Source: Candidatus Krumholzibacteriia bacterium
Lineage (GTDB): Bacteria > Krumholzibacteriota > Krumholzibacteriia > LZORAL124-64-63
Assembly (NCBI GenBank): GCA_036351155.1
Contig: JAZBOO010000113.1
Location: 1 to 32,986 of the forward strand
Length of the DNA: 32,986 nt
Reading direction: 5' to 3'
Shown here: positions 17,678-26,557 of the stretch, piece by piece
Position numbering within the stretch: the stretch's first letter is position 1
How the letters are laid out: every line of letters starts with the position of its first letter
Notes under the pieces: model-generated
Databases searched by the model: none
Told to the model about the DNA's origin: nothing
The model's input: the letters and a program-made list of their open reading frames with translations, nothing else
Program-made: the position numbers and the translations under genes

Positions 17678-18409
17678 CTAGAAAACCCACTTGGCCATGG
17701 CCTGGACCAGGTTGTCCTCGGCATCCTTGACGCCGTACTTGTTCTGCCAGTACTGGTATTCGATTCCCACGTAGAAGTTCTGGGGAGCGCCGGCGAAGTT
17801 GCTGACGTCCAGCAAAACCTGGGGAACGATGATCAGCTGGGATTCGCTCCCCTCCGAGTCCGCTCCGGAGTAATCGATGAATCCGCCGCATTCGAAACGG
17901 GCACTGCCGATGGTGAAGGGGATGTTCCAGCTGGGGCTGATCTGCCAGGTGGCTTCATTGCCTTCACGCACGGCGTCACGCATGAACACGTTGATGGTGA
18001 AGAACTTGAAATGGGGGATGTCGAAGTCGAAGCCCAGACCGTACAGGTAGACCCGGTTGTGGTAGCCCACGTTCAACTCGGTGGCCAGGAGGACGTCCTT
18101 GACCGGACCGAAAGCGTAGCTCTTCTGGGTCATCTTGCCGAAGCTCAACCGGGGGTGCCACTCACCGTAAATGCTGGTGTCCTTGTCGAAAGGCTGGAAG
18201 ATGTCGAAGAACAGGAAGCTGTCGCCATACTTCCAGCCGCTGGCATGCTCCAGGGTCATGATGGTGGCGTCTTCGGAACTCGCCAGATCGTATCCCGAAC
18301 CCTTCAGGAGAGACATGGAGGTGGTGGACCACTGGGCCGCGGTGGCCGTGCCAATTCCGGTCGCCAGGACCAACAGAGCGATCATGAAAATGCGGGTTGA
18401 TTTTGCCAT
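17678..18409 (-). CDS. Tsx-like nucleoside-specific outer-membrane channel
   Basis: Signal peptide (MAKSTRIFMIALLVLATGIGTATAA), TLEHASGWKYGDSFLFFD, YGEWHPRLS, GIEYQYWQNKYG, C-terminal KWVF. ATG 18409 after AGGAG. Confidence 0.85.
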   Translation of the reverse strand: MAKSTRIFMIALLVLATGIGTATAAQWSTTSMSLLKGSGYDLASSEDATIMTLEHASGWKYGDSFLFFDIFQPFDKDTSIYGEWHPRLSFGKMTQKSYAFGPVKDVLLATELNVGYHNRVYLYGLGFDFDIPHFKFFTINVFMRDAVREGNEATWQISPSWNIPFTIGSARFECGGFIDYSGADSEGSESQLIIVPQVLLDVSNFAGAPQNFYVGIEYQYWQNKYGVKDAEDNLVQAMAKWVF

Positions 18410-18457
18410 GAATTTCTCCTCATTCCAGGAAGATGGACTTGGGTGGCGAACCCCTGA

Positions 18458-18487
18458 ATAGTAATACATAATTGCCCGATTTTTCAA
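18458..18487 (-). promoter_or_regulatory. Candidate sigma70 promoter for the Tsx-like gene
   Basis: TTGAAA-18 nt-TACTAT on the minus strand in an AT-rich intergenic region. Confidence 0.4.
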
Positions 18488-18603
18488 TTATTTGAAAAGA
18501 TATCTGCAAAATTTTTTCTCACTTTTTTCTTGATTTCGAACCCGTGGAAAACCGACAAAAAAAATCCTTCAAACACAACTTTTTCCAGAGCCGATCAGGG
18601 TTA

Positions 18604-18620
18604 TATTTGTCAGACAATTA
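18604..18620. promoter_or_regulatory. Palindromic operator candidate upstream of glnA
   Basis: TTGTC-A-GACAA (18607-18617), extendable to TATTTGTCAGACAATTA, overlapping a TATATT -10-like hexamer. Confidence 0.4.
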
Positions 18621-18656
18621 ACAGCAGCTGAAATCACTTTCGACCCGAGGTACGCC

Positions 18657-20027
18657 ATGTCCCAGGAACTTTTTGCTCAGGTTCGTCAGGAAGCCCTGGC
18701 CAAGGGAATCGAGTTCATCGATCTGAAGGCTCTGGATCTCTCCGGCCGACTTCACCACATCTCGTTTCCCATGGACCGATTCACCGAGGATGTCTGTTCG
18801 GAGGGAATTGGCTTCGATGGCTCCAGCTACGGCTTCCTCAAGGTCGAGAACAGCGACATGGTGCTGGTGCCTGATCTGGCCACCGCCCGGAACGACCCTT
18901 TCCGGAAGCGTCCAACCTTGACCATGTTCGCCGAGGCGCGACTGACGGACGCGGACCGCACGCCCTTTTCCCAGGACGGACGCAACCTGGCGCGCAAGGC
19001 TGAACAGGCCCTCAAGGACAGCGGCGTGGCCGACCTGTCCCAGTGGGGGCCGGAATACGAATTCCATATTTTCGATGAAGCGGATTTCATGAACTCGGAC
19101 AATCGCAGCGCGTTCGGCGTCCGCAGTGGTGAGACCTTCTATCAGAACGCCTACCACGCCTGCAATCCCCACGACAAGTACGACGACTTCCGGGACGAAG
19201 TCTGCGCGGTCATGCAGGACTTCGGCATTCCCGTTCGCTACCACCACCACGAAGTGGGGGCTCAGGGCCAGCAGGAAATCGAAGGCTGGTTCGCCGACCT
19301 GCTCACCACCGGGGATCACGCCGTTCTGACCAAGTATATCCTCTTCAATCTGGCCGAGCGTCACAACCTGAAGGTGACCTTCATGCCGAAGCCCCTGTTC
19401 GGCAACGCCGGCAGCGGCTGGCATCTGCACCAGTTCCTGACCAAGAACGGGAAGAACGTCTTCAACGACGACAAGGGGTATGCCAACCTCTCCGAAACGG
19501 CCATGCACTACATCGGGGGCATATTGACCCACGCCGATGCCTTGTGCGCCCTCACGAATCCCAGCACCAACAGCTTCAAGCGGCTGGTCCCGGGTTTCGA
19601 GGCTCCCACCGTGCGGACCTTCGGGCGCAGCAACCGGGGGGCGGCCATCCGCATCCCCAGTTACGTGACCGATCCCGAGTTTCGCCGCATGGAATACCGT
19701 CCCCCCGATTTCACGGCCAACCCCTACCTGTGCTGTGCGTCCATTTTGATGGCCGGCCTGGACGGGGTGCTGAACAAGATCGATCCCATCAAGGCGGGTT
19801 TTGCGCCCGAGGATGCGCCCAGTGACACGGCCCGGGCCGAGGACTTTCTGCCCCGCAGCCTGGATGATTCACTGGATGCCCTGGAAAACGACCACGCCTT
19901 CCTCCTGCGCGGTGAGGTTTTCCCCGAGTCCTTGATCCAGCGCTGGCTGGAGATCAAGCGCGCCGAGATCAGCGCCATCAACACACGTCCGCACCCCTAC
20001 GAGTTCACCATGTACTTCGATTTTTAG
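18657..20027 (+). CDS. glnA: Type I glutamine synthetase
   Basis: FDGSS, SDMVLVPD, GPEYEF, HHEVG..QQE, TFMPKP, SGWHLH, KRLVPGFEAP, NRGAAIRIP, EYRPPD.ANPYL, RPHPYEF. Confidence 0.92.
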   Translation: MSQELFAQVRQEALAKGIEFIDLKALDLSGRLHHISFPMDRFTEDVCSEGIGFDGSSYGFLKVENSDMVLVPDLATARNDPFRKRPTLTMFAEARLTDADRTPFSQDGRNLARKAEQALKDSGVADLSQWGPEYEFHIFDEADFMNSDNRSAFGVRSGETFYQNAYHACNPHDKYDDFRDEVCAVMQDFGIPVRYHHHEVGAQGQQEIEGWFADLLTTGDHAVLTKYILFNLAERHNLKVTFMPKPLFGNAGSGWHLHQFLTKNGKNVFNDDKGYANLSETAMHYIGGILTHADALCALTNPSTNSFKRLVPGFEAPTVRTFGRSNRGAAIRIPSYVTDPEFRRMEYRPPDFTANPYLCCASILMAGLDGVLNKIDPIKAGFAPEDAPSDTARAEDFLPRSLDDSLDALENDHAFLLRGEVFPESLIQRWLEIKRAEISAINTRPHPYEFTMYFDF

Positions 20028-20041
20028 CCGGGAGATTGGGC

Positions 20042-20431
20042 ATGGTGAAATGTGAGATTCAGAGCCGGGGCCGGACGGACTTCGTGGACATCACCCGGGA
20101 TGTGGCCGAGGCCGTCCGGAAGCTGGGCGTCGAGCACGGGGCCGTCCTGGTTTTCAATCCTCACACCACCGCGGCGGTGACCATCAACGAGGGGGCCGAC
20201 CCCGATGTGGTGACGGACATGACCCGGGCTCTGGACAGGTTGATTCCCTGGGAAGACGGCTACGATCACGCCGAGGGCAACGCCGCGGCGCACATCAAGG
20301 CCAGCCTGTTCGGTAGCTCGGTGATGGTGATGGTGGAGAACCACCAGCTACAGCTGGGCACCTGGCAGAAGATTTATTTCTGTTGCTTCGACGGACCCAG
20401 GCACCGGCAGTTCTGGGTCCAGGCGGTCTGA
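20042..20431 (+). CDS. yjbQ: YjbQ/UPF0047 family protein
   Basis: PHTTAAVTINE, DPDV, HAEGNAAAHIKASL, LGTWQ.IY..FDGPR; ATG 20042 after GGAG. Confidence 0.9.
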   Translation: MVKCEIQSRGRTDFVDITRDVAEAVRKLGVEHGAVLVFNPHTTAAVTINEGADPDVVTDMTRALDRLIPWEDGYDHAEGNAAAHIKASLFGSSVMVMVENHQLQLGTWQKIYFCCFDGPRHRQFWVQAV

Positions 20432-20448
20432 AACGACCGCCTGCTCAA

Positions 20449-21942
20449 TCAGAAGGCAAAGTTGGCATTCAAGGCGGCGAAGGTGCGTGCGTAACCGCTG
20501 TCCTGGTTCAAGGCGCTCTTGGAGTAGCCGCCTTGGAAGACCAGGGCCGCGCCCGTCCCGTATCGCCAGCCCAGCCGCAGCGAGCCTCCGCCCACGGTGC
20601 GGGCCTCTGTGCCCGCCTCTTTTTCCTGTCCCAGCGAACCATCGATCTGGAAAGTCCACCGGCGGCCGCGGGTGCCCAGGATGGCCACCAGGCTGCCGTT
20701 GCGCACCCAGTCGGGGGCCCAGTAGCCGCCGGGGTAGGCATCGGTGAAGTCCATGTAGGTCAGGTCCGGGCCCACCTGCAAGGTCCACCGGCCTTCACGC
20801 TTCCAGCGTAGATGCGCCTTGCCCCGCTTCTTGGTGTTACCGTCGCTGTAATCGGCCAGATTGCCGGCCAGGCCCACGTTCCAGTGCCGGGCAAAGCGCC
20901 AGTCCACGGAGGCGTTGGCCTGCTCGTAGTGCAGTTCGTGATGCAAGGCCTGCCAGGTTTCCACCGCCTGGGAATTGGCTCCGAAATCCACCCGCCAGCG
21001 CGCGGCCGGCAGCCAGGTCAGCCACACGTCGCCGCCGGGCTGAGTCCATTCCAGCCGATCGTCCATTTCTGGCAAGGGCTCCTCACCCCGGAAAAAATCC
21101 ACCCAGCCGTAGGCATGAAAAGCCCAGCGATGGGACAGGTTGCCCACCAGGCCGGCCTTCAATCGGGGGGCGTTGATGTCCAGCAATCCCTTCTGGCGAA
21201 AGGCGGCATATCCCGGCTGGAACAGGGCCAGCTTGTTGCCCAGCACCGTGAAAGCGGCGTGCCCGGATACCCGGTACACGTCCCAGTCGTCCGAGTCCAG
21301 GCTCACCTTGGCCTCGAAGCCCAGCGGCGTGGTGTAGCTGTCCAGATAGGTCAGCAAGAAGCTGTGCGCCTGTTGCCGAGCCGCGCTGTCGGCGGGAAAC
21401 TCGTCCTCGACCTGGCGCAGCACCTGGAAGCCCTCGTTCAGCTGGTTGTTCCAGATCAGCGAACGCCCCCAGCCTACCCGGGACCCTCCGTCGTTGGGGT
21501 CGGCGGTGGCCAGCTCCTGATACAAGGCCACGGCCTCGGGCTGCCTGCCGCTCCAGCTGTAAGCCAGTGCCAGGCCGCGCTTCACGTCGAGGTTTTCCTT
21601 CTCCGGGTGCCGGGCCAGGTGGCGGTGAAAATAGAAGATGGCCTTGTCGGCGTCCTCGCGCCACAGCTTCTGATAGGCGATTTCCTTGGCCACCACCGGC
21701 ACCAGCCGGGCGTCATTGGCCAGGGCTTCAAGGTAGTCGCTCACGGCATCGTGGTGCTTGTCCTGCGCGGCGGCATCCCGAGCTGCGGATACCCTTTGCC
21801 AGGCCGCTTCGGTGTCGATGAGGGTGGAATCCGGCATGGCCGGATGAGTGGCCGGATGAGTGGCCGGTTGAGCTACCGCAGGGGTAGCCTCCCCGGCCAG
21901 GATCATCAGGAGCACCGCCCCGGAGAAAACGAAACTGCGCAT
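20449..21942 (-). CDS. Secreted TPR + C-terminal beta-barrel outer-membrane protein (PgaA-like polysaccharide export candidate)
   Basis: Signal peptide MRSFVFSGAVLL..., TPR-like helices (LALAYSWSGRQPEAVALYQ, GRSLIWNNQ), alternating beta-strands with YWAP, ends NANFAF. ATG 21942 is 2 nt after the pgaC stop, with GGAG RBS. Confidence 0.7.
   Translation of the reverse strand: MRSFVFSGAVLLMILAGEATPAVAQPATHPATHPAMPDSTLIDTEAAWQRVSAARDAAAQDKHHDAVSDYLEALANDARLVPVVAKEIAYQKLWREDADKAIFYFHRHLARHPEKENLDVKRGLALAYSWSGRQPEAVALYQELATADPNDGGSRVGWGRSLIWNNQLNEGFQVLRQVEDEFPADSAARQQAHSFLLTYLDSYTTPLGFEAKVSLDSDDWDVYRVSGHAAFTVLGNKLALFQPGYAAFRQKGLLDINAPRLKAGLVGNLSHRWAFHAYGWVDFFRGEEPLPEMDDRLEWTQPGGDVWLTWLPAARWRVDFGANSQAVETWQALHHELHYEQANASVDWRFARHWNVGLAGNLADYSDGNTKKRGKAHLRWKREGRWTLQVGPDLTYMDFTDAYPGGYWAPDWVRNGSLVAILGTRGRRWTFQIDGSLGQEKEAGTEARTVGGGSLRLGWRYGTGAALVFQGGYSKSALNQDSGYARTFAALNANFAF
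21837..21872. repeat. 12-bp tandem repeat x3 (encodes QPAT-HPAT-HPA linker)
   Basis: TGGCCGGATGAG, TGGCCGGATGAG, TGGCCGGTTGAG. Confidence 0.85.
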
Positions 21943-21944
21943 GA

Positions 21945-23213
21945 TTACTCCCTGACCGGTTTCCAAAGCGTGTACTTGCGCTTCTGCCGATTGACGCCCC
22001 AGCCCACCGGCGTGGTGGTGACGGTGATGATGGCCATGAGGATCCAGTAAACCAGTGGATAGAAAACCGCGACCACGAAGAATCGCATGAGGTCTCGGTC
22101 GTATTGCCGGTCCAGCAGAACCCCGGTCAACAGCTGGCCCAGGCAGACGGTGGCGATGAGCATACCCCAGAAGTTGGGAATTGGGGAGGCCCCGATGGGC
22201 GGGTAGCCCACCGACCAGCTGGCGATCCAGACCAGCGTGAGCAGGATGTAGCTGTAGGCCCACAGCACCGAAAGATTGGCCTCGACCAGCACCGGCCAGA
22301 AGCGGCGATGCTTGTACTGCATCAGCTCGCGGAAATGCCGGGTCAGCACCTGGCTGAGCCCCAGGGCCCACCGGCGGCGCTGACGCCACAGTCCCATCAA
22401 GCTCTGGGGCACCCGCATCCACATCACGGCGCGCGATTCGTACCGCACGTCCCAGTGGCGCAGCTGCAAGCGCCAGGTCAGATCGATGTCCTCGGTGGCC
22501 ATGTCCGGGCTGTACAGGCCCACATCGAACAGGGCCGAACGCCGGAAAATTCCCACGACCCCGCTCATGGTCATGATGCGGCCCCAGACCCTCTGGGCTC
22601 GACGCATGAGGGAAATGATGGAAGCAAACTCGATGGCCTGCAGCTTGGCCAGGAAGCTGGTCCGGTTGACCACCCGCGGGTTGCCGGTCACCGCGGCGCA
22701 GCGGGGGAACTTGAAGTGGGGGACCAGGTTGTCCAGGATGTCGGGGGCGGGAACCGCATCGGCGTCCTGCACCAGGATCAGTTCGCCGCGACTGATCGGA
22801 ATGGCGTCGTTCAGGGCCATGGCCTTGCCCTCGTTGATCTTCTTGCGGACCAGACGCAGGCGGGGATCGGTCAGGAACGGGGTGATCTGTTCGAGGGTGC
22901 CGTCGGTGGAACAGTCGTCGATGACCACGACCTCGAAATCGGGGTATTCCACAGCCAGCACACCTTCGAGAGTGCGGGCGATGTTGGCTTCCTCGTTGAA
23001 GGCGGGAATGATGAAGGAAACCAGGGGTTTGGCATCGATCTGGTAAAAGGAGTCGAAGGCCCCCGGTTTGCCCCCCTCACGATTGCGGTAGAAGATCAGG
23101 GACGTGAAGATCCAGACCACGCTGGTGACCAGCGGATACCAGGCAAAATAAACCAGGATGGCGGTGTAAACCGGAGATTGCTGGAGCTCCACGATGGTGT
23201 TGTACAGATCCAT
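21945..23213 (-). CDS. pgaC: Poly-beta-1,6-N-acetylglucosamine synthase-like GT2 (PgaC/IcaA)
   Basis: IPAFNEE, DDCSTD, GKAMALN, DAD, AVTGNPRV, KLQAIEF, RRAQRVWG, TEDID, QRRRW, flanking TM helices. Confidence 0.88.
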   Translation of the reverse strand: MDLYNTIVELQQSPVYTAILVYFAWYPLVTSVVWIFTSLIFYRNREGGKPGAFDSFYQIDAKPLVSFIIPAFNEEANIARTLEGVLAVEYPDFEVVVIDDCSTDGTLEQITPFLTDPRLRLVRKKINEGKAMALNDAIPISRGELILVQDADAVPAPDILDNLVPHFKFPRCAAVTGNPRVVNRTSFLAKLQAIEFASIISLMRRAQRVWGRIMTMSGVVGIFRRSALFDVGLYSPDMATEDIDLTWRLQLRHWDVRYESRAVMWMRVPQSLMGLWRQRRRWALGLSQVLTRHFRELMQYKHRRFWPVLVEANLSVLWAYSYILLTLVWIASWSVGYPPIGASPIPNFWGMLIATVCLGQLLTGVLLDRQYDRDLMRFFVVAVFYPLVYWILMAIITVTTTPVGWGVNRQKRKYTLWKPVRE

Positions 23214-23611
23214 CAGCGCACCTCCCCGGTGGCCACGGCGTAGACCTTGCGGCCAGGGATCCGGTCATCGGTCCCCTTGCCGTCTTCCTCGTCCACGACT
23301 TCTATATCGATGACCTGGGCGGCTTTCAACTGCCGGACTTCGGGCCGATCGAGGGGACGGCCCAGGTAGTCAAAATCGAAGGTTTCCGGGACGGTGGACG
23401 GTGGAGTGGTCCGGCGGTTGCGTCGGGCCAGCTTGCGGTTGTGGGCCACCCAGAGGAGGGTCAGCACCAGACCCACCACCACGATGACGGACAGGATGAT
23501 CAGGGCCTCCAGGGAGGATCGGTTGATCTGGCTCTTGCTGACCAGGTACCAGTAGTACCCGAAGAGGCACCAGACCAGCAGGGAGGCGATGACGTGAATG
23601 GCGTTACGCAC
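23213..23611 (-). CDS. PgaD-like small membrane protein
   Basis: Two TM helices then LWVAHNRKLARRNRR (cf. PgaD WxxYNxxR); stop overlaps the pgaC start (TGATG). GTG start at 23611 chosen; the ORF-track extension overlaps alaS. Confidence 0.6.
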   Translation of the reverse strand: MRNAIHVIASLLVWCLFGYYWYLVSKSQINRSSLEALIILSVIVVVGLVLTLLWVAHNRKLARRNRRTTPPSTVPETFDFDYLGRPLDRPEVRQLKAAQVIDIEVVDEEDGKGTDDRIPGRKVYAVATGEVR

Positions 23612-23657
23612 TTGACCACCTGTCCTTGACGACGCCCGTCCCGCAGGAGGGCTCGGG

Positions 23658-23686
23658 TTGACCCACCCGGTGTGGCGGATTACAAT
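23658..23686 (+). promoter_or_regulatory. Near-consensus sigma70 promoter for alaS
   Basis: TTGACC (23658-23663), 17 nt, TACAAT (23681-23686). Confidence 0.7.
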
Positions 23687-23825
23687 TCCTGCCCAGCAGA
23701 CACGACCAGAGGAGGGGAAGTCACATCCCCGGTGCCCTGGATCCGTGTAACTGATTGTCCTTGATCTTTTTCGGCCGGGTCTTTCCCGGTTGAAGCTTTT
23801 TTCTGCGCAAGCGACTGGAGCCGTT

Positions 23826-26549
23826 TTGAAAGCCAATGAAATCCGCGCCCGCTTCCTCGAGTTCTTTGCTCAGCACGGCCACGAAGTGGTGCCCTCATCG
23901 ACCCTGGTGCCCCAGGACGATCCCACCCTGCTGTTCACCAACGCGGGCATGAACCAGTTCAAGGGCGTTTTCCTGGGCCTGGAGCATCGCGACTACAAGC
24001 GGGCGGCTTCGGTTCAGAAATGTATGCGCGTTTCGGGAAAGCACAACGACCTTGAGGAAGTGGGCAAGGACGCCCGGCACCACACCTTCTTCGAAATGCT
24101 CGGAAACTGGTCTTTCGGGGACTATTACAAGCGGGAATCGATTTTGTGGGGATGGGAACTCCTGGTTGACGTATTCGGCCTGGACCAGGACCGTTTGTGG
24201 GTTTCGGTTTACAAGGACGACGACGAAAGCTTCGGAATCTGGGAAAACGAGGTCAAGGTCCCGGCCGCCAGGATTGTTCGTCTGGGCGATCTGGAGCAGG
24301 GCGATGAGGAGAATTTCTGGTCCATGGCCGACACCGGCCCTTGCGGCCCCTGCACCGAGATCCATTACGACCAGGGCGAGGCCATGAAGTGTGATCACCC
24401 CGCCGGCTGTGCGGTGGGTGTGTGCGATTGCGACCGGTGGCTGGAACTGTGGAACCATGTCTTCATGGAATTCGACCGCCAGGAGGACGGCACCCTCAAC
24501 CCCTTGCCCATGAAGAGCGTGGACACCGGGCTGGGCTTTGAGCGCCTGGTGGCGGTCATGCAGGGCAAGCTGAGCAACTACGAATCGGACCTGTTCGTCC
24601 CGCTGGTGCAGAAGGCGGCCGCACTTTCGGGCCGGCCCATCGAGGGCGAAAACAAGATCAGCATGCAGGTCATCGCCGATCATGCCCGGGCTTGTGTGTT
24701 CACCGTGGCCGATGGCGCCATTCCCGCCAACGACGGCCGCGGCTATGTGGTGCGCCGGATCTTGCGCCGGGCGGCTCGTCACGGTCACCTGCTGGGGATG
24801 GAGGAGCCCTTCCTGTGGAAGGTGGCCGAGGTGGTCATCGACGGAATGGGGGAGGCTTACCCCGAGATCACCGAGCGTCGGCAACGGGTGCTCGATGTGA
24901 TCCGGCAGGAAGAGGAGCGCTTTGGCCGGACGCTGACCGCCGGCCTGCAGGTCTACGCCGACTTCAAGACCGCTATGCAAGGGGAAGGCCGCACCCAGCT
25001 GTCAGGAGACGAGGCCTTCAAGCTGCACGACACCTTTGGCTTCCCTGTGGATCTGACCGCGGTGGTGGCCGAGGAGGATGGCCTGACGGTGGACCATGAA
25101 GGCTTCAAGGCCTGCATGGAAAGGCAGCGGGTGCAGAGCCGCAAGGAAAACAAGTTCATGGCGGGCATTCAGCCCTGGCAGACGGTCGAAGATGGCGGGA
25201 GCGCAGCGGGCTTGAAGACCACCTTCATCGGCTATGACCAGCTGACGGCCGAGAGCCAGGTTGTGGCGGTGCGCGCCGCCGGTCAGGATGATCAAGGGCG
25301 GGAGATCAGCCATGTCCTGATCAACCCCACGCCTTTTTACGCGGAAAGTGGCGGCCAGGTGGGGGACCAGGGCGTGCTGGTATTGCCCGGCCAGGCGGGG
25401 TCTCTGACCATTCTGGATACCCTGGGTGCCGAGGAGGGGAACGCCTGCGTGGTGACCGGAGCCGCGGACGATCTTCTCGAGAAGTTCAGGTCCGATGCGC
25501 GCGTGCAGGCCATCGTCGATTCGGGTCATCGGATGGGGGTCATGCGGCACCACACCGCCACCCACTTGCTGCACGCCGCCTTGCGCAATGTGCTGGGCAG
25601 CCACGTGGAACAGGCCGGCTCGGTGGTGGAGCCCCGTCGGTTGCGCTTCGATTTCCGCCACGACAAGGCCGTGACCGAACAGGAACTCGCCCTGGTGGAA
25701 GCCCAGGTCAACGCGGCCATTCTCACCAATCGCGAGGTGATGCGGCACGATGCCGTGGCCATCGACGAGGCCAAGGCCCGCGGGGCCATGGCCCTGTTCG
25801 GCGAGAAGTACGGTGACCAGGTGCGCGTCATCGAAATCCCGGCCGGGCTGCAGCTGACCACCGCCGATCAGGAGCAGGACGGTCCTGTGTTCAGCATCGA
25901 ACTGTGTGGTGGTACCCACTGTCTGAGGACCGGGGACATCGGCCCGTTCCGGATCATCAGCGAGGGCAGCGTGGCCGCCGGCGTGCGCCGTATCGAGGCG
26001 GTGGCCGGCACCGTGGCCCAGGAACTGCTCAATGACGACCGGGCCCAGCTGGCCGCCCTGGCCGGGAAGTTCCGGCGGGATGGAGGAAGCCTGGCCGATC
26101 AGACGGCGGCCCTGCTGGCCGAACGCGACCAGTTGCGCAAGGAGCTGGCCAGGCTGCAGCAAGACTCGGCCCGCGCGGGGCTGGAAGACACCTTGAACCA
26201 GCCCAAAGAGGTGGCCGGTTTGAAGGTCATCAGCGCCCGGGTTCAGGCCGAGGACAAGAACGCTTTCATGCAACTGGGCGATCATGTGCGCGACCGGCTG
26301 GGCAAGCAAGGCGTGGTGGTGCTGGCGGCCGAGATCGACGGCAAGGCCTCTCTGCTGGTGACGGTCACCGGAGATCTGAGCGACAGCAAGAAATTGCACG
26401 CGGGGAACCTGGTCAAGGCCATGGCGGCGGCCGGCGGCGGTCGTGGGGGCGGACGGCCCAACATGGCCCAGGCGGGCATGCCGGACAGCGCCGCCCTGGA
26501 CCAGGCGCTGGCGGCGGCCGAGGCGATCATCGCCAAACAGATGGTTTAA
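23826..26549 (+). CDS. alaS: Alanine--tRNA ligase
   Basis: DPTLLFTNAGMNQFK, HHTFFEMLGNWSFGDYYK, GPCGPCTEI, DTGLGFERL, RGYVVRRILRRA, HTATHLLH, ELCGGTH, GVRRIEA, GRGGGR. TTG 23826 after GGAG. Confidence 0.98.
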   Translation: MKANEIRARFLEFFAQHGHEVVPSSTLVPQDDPTLLFTNAGMNQFKGVFLGLEHRDYKRAASVQKCMRVSGKHNDLEEVGKDARHHTFFEMLGNWSFGDYYKRESILWGWELLVDVFGLDQDRLWVSVYKDDDESFGIWENEVKVPAARIVRLGDLEQGDEENFWSMADTGPCGPCTEIHYDQGEAMKCDHPAGCAVGVCDCDRWLELWNHVFMEFDRQEDGTLNPLPMKSVDTGLGFERLVAVMQGKLSNYESDLFVPLVQKAAALSGRPIEGENKISMQVIADHARACVFTVADGAIPANDGRGYVVRRILRRAARHGHLLGMEEPFLWKVAEVVIDGMGEAYPEITERRQRVLDVIRQEEERFGRTLTAGLQVYADFKTAMQGEGRTQLSGDEAFKLHDTFGFPVDLTAVVAEEDGLTVDHEGFKACMERQRVQSRKENKFMAGIQPWQTVEDGGSAAGLKTTFIGYDQLTAESQVVAVRAAGQDDQGREISHVLINPTPFYAESGGQVGDQGVLVLPGQAGSLTILDTLGAEEGNACVVTGAADDLLEKFRSDARVQAIVDSGHRMGVMRHHTATHLLHAALRNVLGSHVEQAGSVVEPRRLRFDFRHDKAVTEQELALVEAQVNAAILTNREVMRHDAVAIDEAKARGAMALFGEKYGDQVRVIEIPAGLQLTTADQEQDGPVFSIELCGGTHCLRTGDIGPFRIISEGSVAAGVRRIEAVAGTVAQELLNDDRAQLAALAGKFRRDGGSLADQTAALLAERDQLRKELARLQQDSARAGLEDTLNQPKEVAGLKVISARVQAEDKNAFMQLGDHVRDRLGKQGVVVLAAEIDGKASLLVTVTGDLSDSKKLHAGNLVKAMAAAGGGRGGGRPNMAQAGMPDSAALDQALAAAEAIIAKQMV

Positions 26550-26557
26550 CCCGGACG

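Noticed and set aside
21943..22422. N-terminal extension of the 657-aa ORF 20449-22422
   Set aside because: Overlaps pgaC out of frame; signal peptide and RBS place the start at 21942.
23620..23825. c-di-GMP riboswitch (for pga) or T-box (for alaS)
   Set aside because: Conserved motifs (GGCAAAC...GAAA...GGACGCAAAG; AGGGTGGNACCGCG) not found on either strand by eye.
23612..23836. N-terminal extension of the pgaD-like ORF
   Set aside because: Runs through the alaS promoter/leader and overlaps the alaS start; the membrane-protein sequence begins at GTG 23611.
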